The position numbers were made by a program, and so were the translations under genes. The notes beneath the pieces were generated by a model that did not search any database, was not told where the DNA came from, and worked only from the letters and a program-made list of their open reading frames with translations. A stretch of DNA of 64,000 nucleotides from a virus: positions 4,460 through 68,459 of IMG/VR virus record IMGVR_UViG_3300021419_000004; one strand, written 5' to 3'. Of the stretch, positions 1 through 9,609 are shown in pieces (position 1 is the stretch's first letter; each line of letters opens with the position of its first letter).

Positions 1-614
1 TGGGTCAGGCCAGTGCGTCCCGGGGTATCCACTCCGCAGCTGAGGCTGTAGATGGCATCAGGGCCGCAGTTGTAGGGCATGGTGCCCTTTCCTGGGATGG
101 GCGTGGGGGTCTCAGGCGTCACCCGGGCGCTGTAGCCGCGTTGCCAGGTGAAGCGGGGCAGCCAGCTCCAGCCCCTGGCCCATGCGGCCATCTCGACGTT
201 GACGTAGCGGACGCCCTCGGGGAGCCAGACGGGGACGCGCTCCCACACGTCCACCGGCTCCGTCTCGTAGCTCTCCCAGCGGATGGTGGTCCAGCGCGTA
301 TACCGCCACCACGGCCAACTGGCCGACCACAAAGTGTGCTCGTCAGTGTTCCACTTCCATCCAGCGGAGGCTGACGCCAACCCCGGGGATTCTTCTCCCT
401 GGAGCAGCGCAGACAGGCTGACCTCGAGGAAATCTCCTGGCCGTGTGCCGCGCCAGTGTGCAGCCACGGGCCCCAGCAGCAGCGTCCAGCTGCGGCCTTC
501 GTCGCCTCGGTCGAAGTGGAAGCCCAGGCAGAAGTCGGAGAAGCCCCGCCACACGAGCTCTCGCACGCCGTCTCGACTTCTCCAGGCCCTGCTCACCAAA
601 GGGTGTCCTCGCAT
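1..614 (-). CDS. Trp-rich hypothetical protein, partial (runs off left edge)
   Basis: Own translation from ATG 614 (MRGHPLVSRAW...PIPGKGTMPYNCGPDAIY), open to position 1; AGGA RBS. Confidence 0.7.
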   Translation of the reverse strand, partial: MRGHPLVSRAWRSRDGVRELVWRGFSDFCLGFHFDRGDEGRSWTLLLGPVAAHWRGTRPGDFLEVSLSALLQGEESPGLASASAGWKWNTDEHTLWSASWPWWRYTRWTTIRWESYETEPVDVWERVPVWLPEGVRYVNVEMAAWARGWSWLPRFTWQRGYSARVTPETPTPIPGKGTMPYNCGPDAIYSLSCGVDTPGRTGLT

Positions 615-618
615 CGTC

Positions 619-915
619 CTACTCCATCAGCGCTGTGAGCGCCTGCCAAAGGGTGTCTGGGTCCATGCCCTGGCGGTCCAGCTGCGGGCGTCCGGCATCC
701 TGCTCTCGCAGGTTGATGCGGCTGAACATCCGTTGGATGGCCACCTCCGCTGCATCTGAGGCGCGGAGCTCGCGGCCTTCGGCCTGCGCCTCTACCAACA
801 ACCTGCCGGTCGCAGTGACCAGCCACCGGGAGGCGTCCTCTGCGGTCGGGATGTAGGTGCGCTGGTAGAAACCATACAGCTCTTGCCGGGTATCGGCCAT
901 GGATGCCTCCATCAC
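619..915 (-). CDS. Hypothetical protein
   Basis: Coupled to neighbours, plausible composition. Confidence 0.65.
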   Translation of the reverse strand: MMEASMADTRQELYGFYQRTYIPTAEDASRWLVTATGRLLVEAQAEGRELRASDAAEVAIQRMFSRINLREQDAGRPQLDRQGMDPDTLWQALTALME

Positions 916-1100
916 GCCTCCGCCGGCGCAACGCCGGACAGTGCCCGGAGCACCTGTCCGGCCTCGTCCAGGCCGTCTACGTCATCGGGGACCCACCAGA
1001 CCTGCAGCGACACATCGTCGCCGGCCAGAACACGGATCTCCGTCAGCTCTCGCCAGGCCAGTCCCTCTTCGCTCAGGTGCAGCGTTGCACTTTCCATCAC
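912..1100 (-). CDS. Small acidic hypothetical protein
   Basis: 4-nt overlaps on both sides. Confidence 0.6.
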   Translation of the reverse strand: MMESATLHLSEEGLAWRELTEIRVLAGDDVSLQVWWVPDDVDGLDEAGQVLRALSGVAPAEA

Positions 1101-2053
1101 ACCTCCACAGGGCCACCGAAGATCAGCAGCTCACGCGCCTTGGGGCGCTTCACGGTTCCGTCCTTCCCCTTCCTACCCCGAGACACGGGCCGCGGAGCTT
1201 CGAAGGACACACACTCGAAGCCCTGCTCTTCCCACATCTCACGGACCATGGGCAGATCGTGGTTGTTGTGGACGACGCGGACGCCCCGATTCGCCAGTGC
1301 CCCGCCGACACGCGCCAGGGCGCGCTGTTCCCCTTCACCGAAGGCGCCCGCGTAGCTGACGAAGCCGCCCTTACGGTCGGGCATGTAGGGTGGGTCCCAA
1401 TACACGCGGTCGCCGGCCTTCGCCCGCCTCCAAGCGCCTGTCCTCCAGTGGCCGGTGCGCAGCAGGGCGACAGGTCCCAGCGTCGCTGCGAAGGCACGCA
1501 GCCTGGCGCCGTCGTCTCCCGGGGGCTTGTAGCCGCCTGCCATCTTGCCGTGAGGGACGTTGAAGCCGCCGCTCTTGTTGACCCGGTAGAGCCCGTTGAA
1601 GCCCCGGCGGTTCAGGAAAAGCAGGTGCGCAGCCTGCTCAGGAGCCGGCAGGTTGCCCAAGTTGAAGCGGTTGCGGGCTCGGTAGTAGACCTCACCGCGG
1701 GCGTGGTGCGCGAGGTCTTCGCGCTGCCCATCACCTGCCTTGCGGTAGAGCTCTTCCAGCGCCTCCAACGCCACCAGGACCTCAGGCGTGTGGTGCACCG
1801 TCTCCCAGTAGCAGTCGATCAAGCGCTTGTTGATGTCGCCCAGGATGAGGCGGAGGCCGGGCCAGCGTCCATCGAGCACCCCTGCAGCCACCTCCAGCTC
1901 CAGTGCAGCGCCGCCCAGGAAGTCGCCCCAGAAGTTCGCGTCAGCCGGGGCCTTGTCCAGCTCCAGGGCCTGGAGGAGGGCGGGGACCTGCTTGCGTTTG
2001 CCGCCGACCCACTTGAGGATGGGGGCGGCTGACGGTGTGTGGTTCTCGGCCAT
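1097..2053 (-). CDS. dam: Dam-family (D12 class) DNA adenine methyltransferase
   Basis: PILKWVGGK, DFLGGAA, DIN..L, FLNRRGFNGLYRVNKSGGFNVP, YWDPPY; start trimmed to MAENHT. Confidence 0.92.
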   Translation of the reverse strand: MAENHTPSAAPILKWVGGKRKQVPALLQALELDKAPADANFWGDFLGGAALELEVAAGVLDGRWPGLRLILGDINKRLIDCYWETVHHTPEVLVALEALEELYRKAGDGQREDLAHHARGEVYYRARNRFNLGNLPAPEQAAHLLFLNRRGFNGLYRVNKSGGFNVPHGKMAGGYKPPGDDGARLRAFAATLGPVALLRTGHWRTGAWRRAKAGDRVYWDPPYMPDRKGGFVSYAGAFGEGEQRALARVGGALANRGVRVVHNNHDLPMVREMWEEQGFECVSFEAPRPVSRGRKGKDGTVKRPKARELLIFGGPVEV

Positions 2054-3741
2054 CAGGCCCCCCAGAAGACGTGCAGCTGCTCGGCTGCACGGGTGTAGGC
2101 GGTATAGAGAAGGTTCGGACCCTGAGGGCTCATGCCGACGTGGCCGGCCATCGCGGAGTCCACGACGACACCGACATGGGTCCACTCCGAGCCCTGGGAA
2201 GCATGCACCGTCAGGCACTCACCATAGGTACAGTGCACGAGGTTCTTGTCTTTGAAGAGCCGGTAGGCCTTCACGTAGCGCCAGAAGTCGCCCTGACTGA
2301 GCTCCATCAGGCCCGGGATGATGATCACGTAGTCGCTGCGGTCGCTGGACAGCCAGACCTTGAAGCGGCGATGGGACTGCAGCATCGGCGGGTAGTCCCG
2401 GCTGTTGCGGACCCACTGATTGATCATCCCCTGCTTGTGCGCGGACGGCGCCGGGTCGATCTCGAGCACGCGGACAGCCTCGATGACCTCGCCGTTCATC
2501 AGACCCACCTCGCGGTTGTTCTTCTTGATGCACAGCCGGTCGCCCGCAGACACGGGCTCCGAATCCAGACCCCTGAGCTGGCGAACCATGGTGTTCAGGG
2601 CTCTCCGCGTGTCGTTGCGCCAGGTGATGAGCGTGGCGTCCACGCCCTGCCCCCGACGTGAGGCCAGCCACTTCGCTGCCATCTGCGGAGAGGCCCACTG
2701 GCCGGTCCACAGGTTGGCCCGGTTGTCTTCCTCCCCGGGGAAGTGCCCTGAGCCCTGACGGAGCCGGACCTCGGTGGCGATCTGGATGATGGGGTTGCCC
2801 TCGGCCTGCCGGTGGATGGTGGACAGCGAAGCGGTGGGGAACTCCAGGGCTGGAACCCAGTTGGCCCTGCCCCGGGTCTTCTCCACGACCGGAGGGAGCT
2901 GCGCGGTGTCTCCGACGTACAGCAGGAGGCTGTTGGCTGGGAGCATGTACTCCAGGGTCTCTCCGACGCCCCTGGCGGTGCCGTCCCGGCTCCACATGCC
3001 GTAAGGCACCATGGACGCCTCATCGCACACCAGGAGGCACCGAGGAGGGCAGGGGGCCACTGGATCCTTGAAGGAGAGCATCTCTCGACGCCGACCTCGT
3101 GGGCTTGCTTCCAACTCCTCACCATCCTCTCCTCGCTCGAGTACCGTGGTGTAGAGCGCCGCGTGGATGGTGCCAGCGCCCGTGCAGCCCTTCTGCCGCA
3201 GACGCAGGGCGGCCTTGCCGGTGGGCGCGACAAAGGCCACGCTGTCCACCAGTCCTTCCCGCAGGGCCCGGCGAGCCAGCACCTTGACCAAGGTCGTCTT
3301 GCCAGTGCCTGCAGGTCCGTCGAGGGCCATGATGCGGTCCATGGGATCGCCTTCGGCTCCCTCGATGGCGTAGCGCATCTGGCTGATGATCGCATCAACA
3401 GCGGCCTGCTGGTCATCGCTGAGTACGACGTTCACGTCATCGAAGGGCGTGCTGAGCTCCGGCTGCCGCATCTCTTCGGGTGCCGGAGGTGTCGGTGCCT
3501 CTCCCGAATCCTGCATCAGCTCCCCGAAGTCTACTCCTCGGGGCTCTCCGGCTTCCACCTCTCGCTCTCGCTCCCGATCGTCCCAGCGCAGCCGGTTCAG
3601 CTTCTCCCGCATCTCCGCGGCTGCTGCCCTCACCGACCGGACAGGGATGGAGTTCTCTCCCCAGCCCTGCTGCAGGTAGCCCTGGATCTGTTCTTCGCAG
3701 GAGGCGAGGAACGCCTTCGCTGCGGCCTTGTCCAGCTCCAT
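2053..3741 (-). CDS. RecD/Dda-like SF1B helicase
   Basis: GPAGTGKTT, APTGKAA, DEASMV, GDTAQLPPV, HRQ, TVHASQGSEW, YTAYTRA. Confidence 0.93.
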   Translation of the reverse strand: MELDKAAAKAFLASCEEQIQGYLQQGWGENSIPVRSVRAAAAEMREKLNRLRWDDREREREVEAGEPRGVDFGELMQDSGEAPTPPAPEEMRQPELSTPFDDVNVVLSDDQQAAVDAIISQMRYAIEGAEGDPMDRIMALDGPAGTGKTTLVKVLARRALREGLVDSVAFVAPTGKAALRLRQKGCTGAGTIHAALYTTVLERGEDGEELEASPRGRRREMLSFKDPVAPCPPRCLLVCDEASMVPYGMWSRDGTARGVGETLEYMLPANSLLLYVGDTAQLPPVVEKTRGRANWVPALEFPTASLSTIHRQAEGNPIIQIATEVRLRQGSGHFPGEEDNRANLWTGQWASPQMAAKWLASRRGQGVDATLITWRNDTRRALNTMVRQLRGLDSEPVSAGDRLCIKKNNREVGLMNGEVIEAVRVLEIDPAPSAHKQGMINQWVRNSRDYPPMLQSHRRFKVWLSSDRSDYVIIIPGLMELSQGDFWRYVKAYRLFKDKNLVHCTYGECLTVHASQGSEWTHVGVVVDSAMAGHVGMSPQGPNLLYTAYTRAAEQLHVFWGA

Positions 3742-3995
3742 CAGATGCCTCGGAAGTTCTGCTCAGCCTGCTCATAGCGGGCCTTGAACTCCTCGACGCT
3801 GCGTGTCCAGATGCCTCCAGCGCACCGGTAGACCACCTGCACTGCAGGGGTCTCCGTGTCCGCTGACAGGGCGAGCTGGATCACCTGCACCTCCATCCCC
3901 TTCTCTCGGTGACAGTAGCGGAAGCCCGGACGGGCGAAGGGGATTGCCTGGTTCAGCAGGGTCTGGATCTGCTGCTGGGTCAGCCTGTCGGCCAT
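3741..3995 (-). CDS. DUF1653-like small protein
   Basis: YCHREKG..V..LALSADTE...VVYR...IWTRSVEEF pattern; GGAG RBS before ATG 3995. Confidence 0.7.
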   Translation of the reverse strand: MADRLTQQQIQTLLNQAIPFARPGFRYCHREKGMEVQVIQLALSADTETPAVQVVYRCAGGIWTRSVEEFKARYEQAEQNFRGI

Positions 3996-4170
3996 GGTGT
4001 TCTCCGTGTCGTGTGTCGTGACGCGCGTATTGCGCATGCGTGCCAGGCGCTGAGCCTTCAAGGCTGCCGGTCCGGGTCAATGTGCAAGCGGCACCCTGCA
4101 TCACTGCCTGTCCCGACAGCCGTGGAGGCTGGCGAGCCCGGTGTCTCGTCCCACCGGACTCGCGCTGCCC

Positions 4171-4995
4171 TCACTGGGTGAAGAAGCCGGCCGGGGCGTT
4201 GCCGGGGGCCGGGGCCGTCGTGCCGGGCAGGGGCGGTGCGCTGGGAGCGGCGGGCGCGGCGGCGGGCGCAGGGGCGGCAGCCGGGGGCGGGGGTGCGGCG
4301 ACGCTGGCGGACATCGGCGCCGGCGCGGCCTGGGTCGGGGCGCCGACACCGGCACCGCCACCCTGGGCGAGGGCGGCGGGGCTGCCCTGCTTGATGAAGC
4401 GCTTGCCCCGCTTGGGGATCAGGCTCTTGCCGAACTCGTCCTTCTCCTTGCCCTCGCTGATCATCTGGAAGACCGGGCCGGGGATCCAGACCAGCTCGTC
4501 GTAGAGCCAGCTGTCGCCCTTGAGCGCGCCCTCCTCGCCCTTGTAGCCGTAGAAGGTGGCCTCGAGCTTGGCGTCAGCGCCTGCCTGGGCCTGCAGCTGC
4601 TGCAGCACGGCGGTGTAGAGGCCCTCCCAGTCCAGGACGTTCTTCTGCAGGGCCTGGGCCCGCTGCGCCAGCCACTGGTTGGCGGACTCCAGGCTGAGGA
4701 TGCTCTGGGTGGTGCCGGGGACGACCAGGCCGAGGAAGAAGCCGAGGATCTCGGAGATGCGAGCGCGCGCCGCCCCGTCCTTGGCGTCGGCCTTGGGGTA
4801 GAAGTGGGTGTCCTTGGTCTCGCGGCCCTCCACCGAGTAGGTGACGACCAGCGCTTCGCCGTGTTGGGTGGTCTCCTCCTTCACGCTGAGGATGATGGCC
4901 CGGCCGGGGCCGTCCTGGTCGAGGACGCCTCCCTGGCCGGAGTCGTATCGGGGCTTGATGTCGCCCATCTTGGTCAGGTCGAAAGCGAATGCCAT
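4171..4995 (-). CDS. Putative single-stranded DNA-binding protein (DUF669-like) with Pro/Ala tail
   Basis: MAFAFDL start, beta-rich N-terminus, flexible tail ending GFFTQ, next to Sak4-like ATPase and exonuclease. Confidence 0.55.
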   Translation of the reverse strand: MAFAFDLTKMGDIKPRYDSGQGGVLDQDGPGRAIILSVKEETTQHGEALVVTYSVEGRETKDTHFYPKADAKDGAARARISEILGFFLGLVVPGTTQSILSLESANQWLAQRAQALQKNVLDWEGLYTAVLQQLQAQAGADAKLEATFYGYKGEEGALKGDSWLYDELVWIPGPVFQMISEGKEKDEFGKSLIPKRGKRFIKQGSPAALAQGGGAGVGAPTQAAPAPMSASVAAPPPPAAAPAPAAAPAAPSAPPLPGTTAPAPGNAPAGFFTQ

Positions 4996-5017
4996 GGTGC
5001 TTGTTCTCCGTGTCGAA

Positions 5018-5075
5018 GCAGCCTTTGCTGCGGGGGTTGCAGCCGAAGCTGCGGGGAATGTGCGGCAGATGCCGC
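5018..5075 (-). repeat. Three 14-bp palindromes GCRGC-N4-GCYGC in the ssb-like leader
   Basis: 5018-5031, 5039-5052, 5062-5075, each followed by GGGG on the plus strand. Confidence 0.8.
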
Positions 5076-5163
5076 GGGGGGATGAAAGCAGGGGCCCCGA
5101 GGGCGCCTGTAGCGTCTGAGGGGGTTGAAGGTAGAACAACAACAACAACCCCGGGACCCCTGC

Positions 5164-6222
5164 TCAGTAGAAGACGGGCTCTGCGGTGGACTCGCGGATC
5201 CGGTAGCGGTCGATGATGTCCCGGAGGAGCCAGCGGGTTGCAGCTGCCCGGGGCGCGTGGCCATGAGCGGCCGCAGCCTTGAGGCCGCCGGGCCTCACCT
5301 CGTCCCAGTAGGACTGGCCCGAGAGCAGCGCCTGGGCGCCGGCTTCCACGACCTCCTCCATCCAGGTATGCTCCGAAGGCCTCGGGATGATGTGCCCCGC
5401 AGCCACCAACAGCTCACGCATGTTCATCGGGCCCTTGACCGGGGCAGTGCCCAGGCGGTCGCGGCAGACGTAGCGGTCGTGGTGCGAGAAGTAGTGTCCG
5501 GGCCAGCCGAAGGGCTTGGGAGGAGGCTCGGCGGGCGTCATTCCCGGAATGGCCAGCGCCGGAGTGCTGCCGCTCCCCAAGCTCCGGTCCTCTTTCTGGG
5601 CGTAGAGCAGAGTGCCAGCGTAGCCGCAGACCTTGGAGCCCATGTTGCGGGACGGGAGGAAGGGCGTTCCCCGGGGCAGATCGTTGTCCGGGTCCCGGGC
5701 GTGGGCGTTGATCCACAGATGCACACCCAGGCTCCGGGCAGTGTAGAACAGGGCCTCGATGTCGCTGGACACCATGCCGAAGACGGCGCGGGTGTCGGGG
5801 TTCTTGCCCTCCGCGGCGCGGGCGGCGGCGTTCTCTTGCTCGCGAAGCCGGAACTGGCCGTCCGCGAGGTACTGCAGGTCATCGATGCACAGCGCGAGGT
5901 AGGGCTGCTGACCGGCGCGGATACGGTCCAGGTTCCACCGGGCCATTCCATGCATGATCGGGAAGATCTGGGAGATGGAGCCCACGTCGTAGTGGGGCAG
6001 CTCCGCCATAGGGATCCCAGTGTTCGCCGGGATGCTGGCCAGGTGCTGCAGGATGCCGACGTAGATGCCGTTGCGGTGGAAGGTCAGGCCCTGGTCGGCG
6101 GTCTTGCCGGAGCCCGGGGGGCCGTAGGTCAGCAGACTCGCCGGAGCCCCGTTCGGGCCCCAGTAGGCCGCCAAGCGGCTCACCAGCTCGGTGCGCTCCT
6201 CAGCGGAGAGTGGTTGTGTCAT
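5164..6222 (-). CDS. AAA_24/Sak4-like P-loop ATPase
   Basis: LTYGPPGSGKT Walker A, LCIDDL Walker B, INAH motif; start MTQPLS. Confidence 0.75.
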   Translation of the reverse strand: MTQPLSAEERTELVSRLAAYWGPNGAPASLLTYGPPGSGKTADQGLTFHRNGIYVGILQHLASIPANTGIPMAELPHYDVGSISQIFPIMHGMARWNLDRIRAGQQPYLALCIDDLQYLADGQFRLREQENAAARAAEGKNPDTRAVFGMVSSDIEALFYTARSLGVHLWINAHARDPDNDLPRGTPFLPSRNMGSKVCGYAGTLLYAQKEDRSLGSGSTPALAIPGMTPAEPPPKPFGWPGHYFSHHDRYVCRDRLGTAPVKGPMNMRELLVAAGHIIPRPSEHTWMEEVVEAGAQALLSGQSYWDEVRPGGLKAAAAHGHAPRAAATRWLLRDIIDRYRIRESTAEPVFY

Positions 6223-6240
6223 CGCGTGTCCTGTGTCGGA

Positions 6241-6256
6241 CCTGCCAGTTGGCAGG
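6241..6256. promoter_or_regulatory. Operator palindrome CCTGCCA-GT-TGGCAGG downstream of a TTGACG-N17-TACAAC promoter
   Basis: Perfect inverted repeat, same motif at 11145, 15721 and 23260. Confidence 0.75.
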
Positions 6257-6327
6257 GGTCTATGAGTTGTAGTCGGAGGGGTTGTGGTCGTCAAGAGTTG
6301 TGGTGGAGGATGATCGCGTCCGCGATC

Positions 6328-7125
6328 TCACACCCCCACAACGCCCATGGGGATGAAGACATCCGCCCGCGCACCCGCTGCCGGGTAGAGCGCCTGCTCT
6401 TCGCAGTAGCCTCCGAACTTGCTGCGGAAGTAGCGGAAACCCCTTCCGTCCCACAGGGCCACCTCGGCGTTGCGGCAGTGGCCGGCATAGAAGGCGCCAG
6501 GCTGCAGGGCCTCCTTCGGGATCATGCCGGCTTCCCAGGCCTGAGTCATCCACTCTTCGGAGATGATGGACGTGAGCTCCATCCCGAGCTGGAGGGCGCG
6601 ATCCTTGAGCTCCTGCACCGTCGCGGGCTCCGGGGGCTTGTGCTCGACCTGGCGGGAGGCGCTCAACAGAAACCAAGTGCTGTGCGTCAGTACCAGCAGC
6701 CCATCAGCGCACTCGTGAGGGCCCTCGATCACCTCATGGCAGATGCCGCCTCCTTCATGCTCGGGCTCCAGCAACAGCGTTTGGGCGTCCTCCAGACACC
6801 AGTTGATGGTGCGGCGGTCTACCGCCGGGCGCCCACTGTAGCTCCACATGACCGGGGCAAAGCTCTCGTCCATGAACGGGAGGATCTGCTGCGCCCGCTC
6901 AGGCACTCGTCCCAGCGTCTGCCACTGGTAGCCGTTCACGAAGGCCTCCAAGGCGTCTCCGGTGAAGATGCAGGCCTCTTCGGCCTCCCGCTCGATGCCC
7001 TGCTCTTCGTCTTGCTGGGCCCGGATCCTGCCCAGCAAGTAGAACATGGCCAGCTCGTTCAGGGTGTAGTGGCCGGTTGCCTCTTCCGCAGTGCGGACCT
7101 TCGTGTCAGGCATCATCACCTCCAA
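6328..7125 (-). CDS. Hypothetical protein
   Basis: Long ORF in operon orientation. Confidence 0.7.
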   Translation of the reverse strand: MEVMMPDTKVRTAEEATGHYTLNELAMFYLLGRIRAQQDEEQGIEREAEEACIFTGDALEAFVNGYQWQTLGRVPERAQQILPFMDESFAPVMWSYSGRPAVDRRTINWCLEDAQTLLLEPEHEGGGICHEVIEGPHECADGLLVLTHSTWFLLSASRQVEHKPPEPATVQELKDRALQLGMELTSIISEEWMTQAWEAGMIPKEALQPGAFYAGHCRNAEVALWDGRGFRYFRSKFGGYCEEQALYPAAGARADVFIPMGVVGV

Positions 7126-8419
7126 AGTTCAAGGTCAGCGGCGGAACAGCGGCGGCAGCGCGCTCCTCGGCGGTCAGACCAGCCTTGCCTGCACCCAGCG
7201 TCATCGACTTGACCTTGACTCCGGCCACGGCAGCACGACCCCGCTGGCACAGCTCCCAGGCCTCGCAGCGGCCGTAGCGCTTGAGCATGCAGGCCATCTC
7301 GTGGCCGGTCGCTGGGAAGTCCCAGGGGTCCCGTCCGGACTCGATGAGCGTGTGCAGCTGGCGGTAGGTGTCCCAGACGTTGCGCCAGTGCCTGGACTCG
7401 CGCCAGGGCGCCGGCTCCGGAGGCTCCTGAATCCAGGTCGTCTTGTTCTTGGGTCCCGGCATCTGGATGACGTTGATGCGGAGCTTGACCAGGCCCTTGG
7501 CGGCGAGGTCCGGGTAGTAGAGCTGGGTCAGCAGCCGCAGGCCCCAGAACTGGCCATGCATGGAGTAGGCCCGCACGGTGCCGTACTCGCCGGTCTTGTA
7601 GTGGTTGGTCGTCTTGTGGTCTGCGACCACCAACGCATAGACGGGCTGTCCATCAGGCCCCGCAACGCCGGTCGGCTCCCAGGTGATGAGGTCGATGCGC
7701 TGGGTGTAGAGGTAGAAGGCCTGGGGGCCCTTGTAGCCGTTGAGATCCTTGATCCAGGTACTGGGCTGCTGCTCCCTCATGTAGCGGGCGCAGCCCATGA
7801 TGTCGTCAGCCTCGTGGCAGATGCGGAAGGGCACCACATGGCGGAGGAACGGCACCTTGGGGTCGTTCACCAGCTCAAGGCCCCGGGCCTGGAGAGCTGC
7901 CCGCACTTCGTCCTCGCGGTAGACCCGGATCTCGGGCTCCGCGCTTTGCCCCTGCAAGGGGTCAGCGTCCAGCAGGGCGCGATACTCGCGCTCCACGCTG
8001 ACCACCAAGGGCTTGTTCTTGACGAGCTCGTGCTCCATCACGAGATCCGACATAGCGTGCGCCGAGACCGCTTCGATCTCGTCCTTCACTGGGATGCCCT
8101 CAGCGCGCATCACCTTGGCGTGCGCGTGGATGGCCGCCACAGGGTCGTAGAGCTCTTCGGGGAGGGGATGTGCAGCGCGGGCCTGCTCGACAGTCATGCC
8201 CCCAGCCACAGCGGCGCCCAGCTGCTGCGTGCGGCGCAAGCGCTCCCAGTAGTGCGCCTCGCCAGTGTGCACGAGGGACCCACGGTGCAAGGGGTCTCGG
8301 TTGCCAAGGCCATCGACCTCGAGGAGCTCCACGTAGGCGTAGAGCTGGTTGCACAACATCGCCTGGCCGACGCGGGAGAAGCCGGCTTCGGAACGTCCGG
8401 CGTTGAGGAGCTCAGGCAT
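7106..8419 (-). CDS. PD-(D/E)XK (RecB/Cas4-like) exonuclease
   Basis: GSLVH, RIDLI...ADHKTT, Y...GQ; N-terminal Cys plus C-terminal C-x6-C-x5-C (Fe-S-like). Confidence 0.8.
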   Translation of the reverse strand: MPELLNAGRSEAGFSRVGQAMLCNQLYAYVELLEVDGLGNRDPLHRGSLVHTGEAHYWERLRRTQQLGAAVAGGMTVEQARAAHPLPEELYDPVAAIHAHAKVMRAEGIPVKDEIEAVSAHAMSDLVMEHELVKNKPLVVSVEREYRALLDADPLQGQSAEPEIRVYREDEVRAALQARGLELVNDPKVPFLRHVVPFRICHEADDIMGCARYMREQQPSTWIKDLNGYKGPQAFYLYTQRIDLITWEPTGVAGPDGQPVYALVVADHKTTNHYKTGEYGTVRAYSMHGQFWGLRLLTQLYYPDLAAKGLVKLRINVIQMPGPKNKTTWIQEPPEPAPWRESRHWRNVWDTYRQLHTLIESGRDPWDFPATGHEMACMLKRYGRCEAWELCQRGRAAVAGVKVKSMTLGAGKAGLTAEERAAAAVPPLTLNFGGDDA

Positions 8420-8762
8420 CGGTGCCATCCGCGTGCTTGGTGAGGACCACCATCCGGCGCTGGGACCAGTCAGCCCAATCCACGCTGATGGAGGCGCGGA
8501 AAGCGCCCGAGGACCAGGAGATCTGCGCTTGGTCCCCGCAGACAGAACGGATGAGGTACCGGTGCGGAGAGTCGGGATTCTTCCAGTTGGGGGCCATCCA
8601 CTGCTGCCCTTGCTCGGGAGGGTGTTTGCGCCTGCTGCTGCGGGACATCCACCACAACGTGGCGAAGGCGTGAGCCCCCTTGCCCAGCGTCCACAGAAGT
8701 TTCGCGAGGGCAAGCCCTGCCACGCTGAGCAACGCCCAGCCGATGATGTTCCAAGGATCCAT
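8412..8762 (-). CDS. Membrane protein
   Basis: N-terminal hydrophobic helix MDPWNIIGWALLSVAGLAL. Confidence 0.65.
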   Translation of the reverse strand: MDPWNIIGWALLSVAGLALAKLLWTLGKGAHAFATLWWMSRSSRRKHPPEQGQQWMAPNWKNPDSPHRYLIRSVCGDQAQISWSSGAFRASISVDWADWSQRRMVVLTKHADGTDA

Positions 8763-8781
8763 GTCTGTGTCTTCTCCAGTG

Positions 8782-9153
8782 TCAGCGGCAGGTACGGAAG
8801 CCCAGGGCCTCGTAGGCGCGAAGGCAGTCTTGAGCCCGAACCCCAGTGTCCGGGGAGACCAAGGGGTCTGGGATCTCGGGCCAATGACTGTACTTTGGCG
8901 CCCTCCAGGGCTTGGGATTGCCCTCATCCTCGACGTACCACCAGAACAACTGGACTCCGATGTTGTCCAGATAGGCACAGGCGATCAAGCCTTCCTGGGG
9001 GGCCTCCGGCATCTCCCAGCCGTCCACCACCTCAAAGCCCTCGATCCAGCGAGTGCCATAGATGGCATGGACCGCGGCGAGCGCCTGTTGCTTGGTGATG
9101 TAGGCCTTCTGACAGGCGAGGGCTGCGGCTGCGAGGTTTCCAATCTCGTTCAT
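8782..9153 (-). CDS. Hypothetical protein
   Basis: GGAGG RBS, coupled. Confidence 0.65.
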   Translation of the reverse strand: MNEIGNLAAAALACQKAYITKQQALAAVHAIYGTRWIEGFEVVDGWEMPEAPQEGLIACAYLDNIGVQLFWWYVEDEGNPKPWRAPKYSHWPEIPDPLVSPDTGVRAQDCLRAYEALGFRTCR

Positions 9154-9380
9154 CAGTCCCTCCTGTGAGAGTCAAAACACCCAGCAGCGCGGGCGGCGCA
9201 GTATGCATCGGAGTGGCCTACCTCCAGGCACTCCTGATACTGCCAGGCCTCACAGCTGACGACACCGGCGCAGAGGATGATGACCACAACAAAGACACCG
9301 AAGGCGCCCATGGCCTCAGCGCGCTTGGCACGGGCACTGGGCTCTACGTAGTCGTCTACGAAGTCGCGTTCATCCCTCAT
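9153..9380 (-). CDS. Small membrane protein with Cys-rich C-terminus
   Basis: TM segment VFVVVIILCAGVV. Confidence 0.65.
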   Translation of the reverse strand: MRDERDFVDDYVEPSARAKRAEAMGAFGVFVVVIILCAGVVSCEAWQYQECLEVGHSDAYCAARAAGCFDSHRRD

Positions 9381-9609
9381 CGTCGCCTCCGGTCTTGATG
9401 TAGTCCGTGAGGACTTCGTGGATGGTGTAGGTGACGGAGGAGTAGCGGGGGATGCCGTCGCCGCTCAGCTCCACGCGGAACTCCGGCCAGTCGGACTTCA
9501 AGGCCCCCTGATCCACGGTGGCCCACTTCACGCCTTCGGCGCGGCAAGCCATCGTTTCAGCGTGCCTCTCAAGCACCAGTTGAAGCCACTGGGTGATCTC
9601 GATCTTCAC
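9370..9609 (-). CDS. Hypothetical protein
   Basis: Coupled ORF. Confidence 0.6.
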   Translation of the reverse strand: MKIEITQWLQLVLERHAETMACRAEGVKWATVDQGALKSDWPEFRVELSGDGIPRYSSVTYTIHEVLTDYIKTGGDDEG

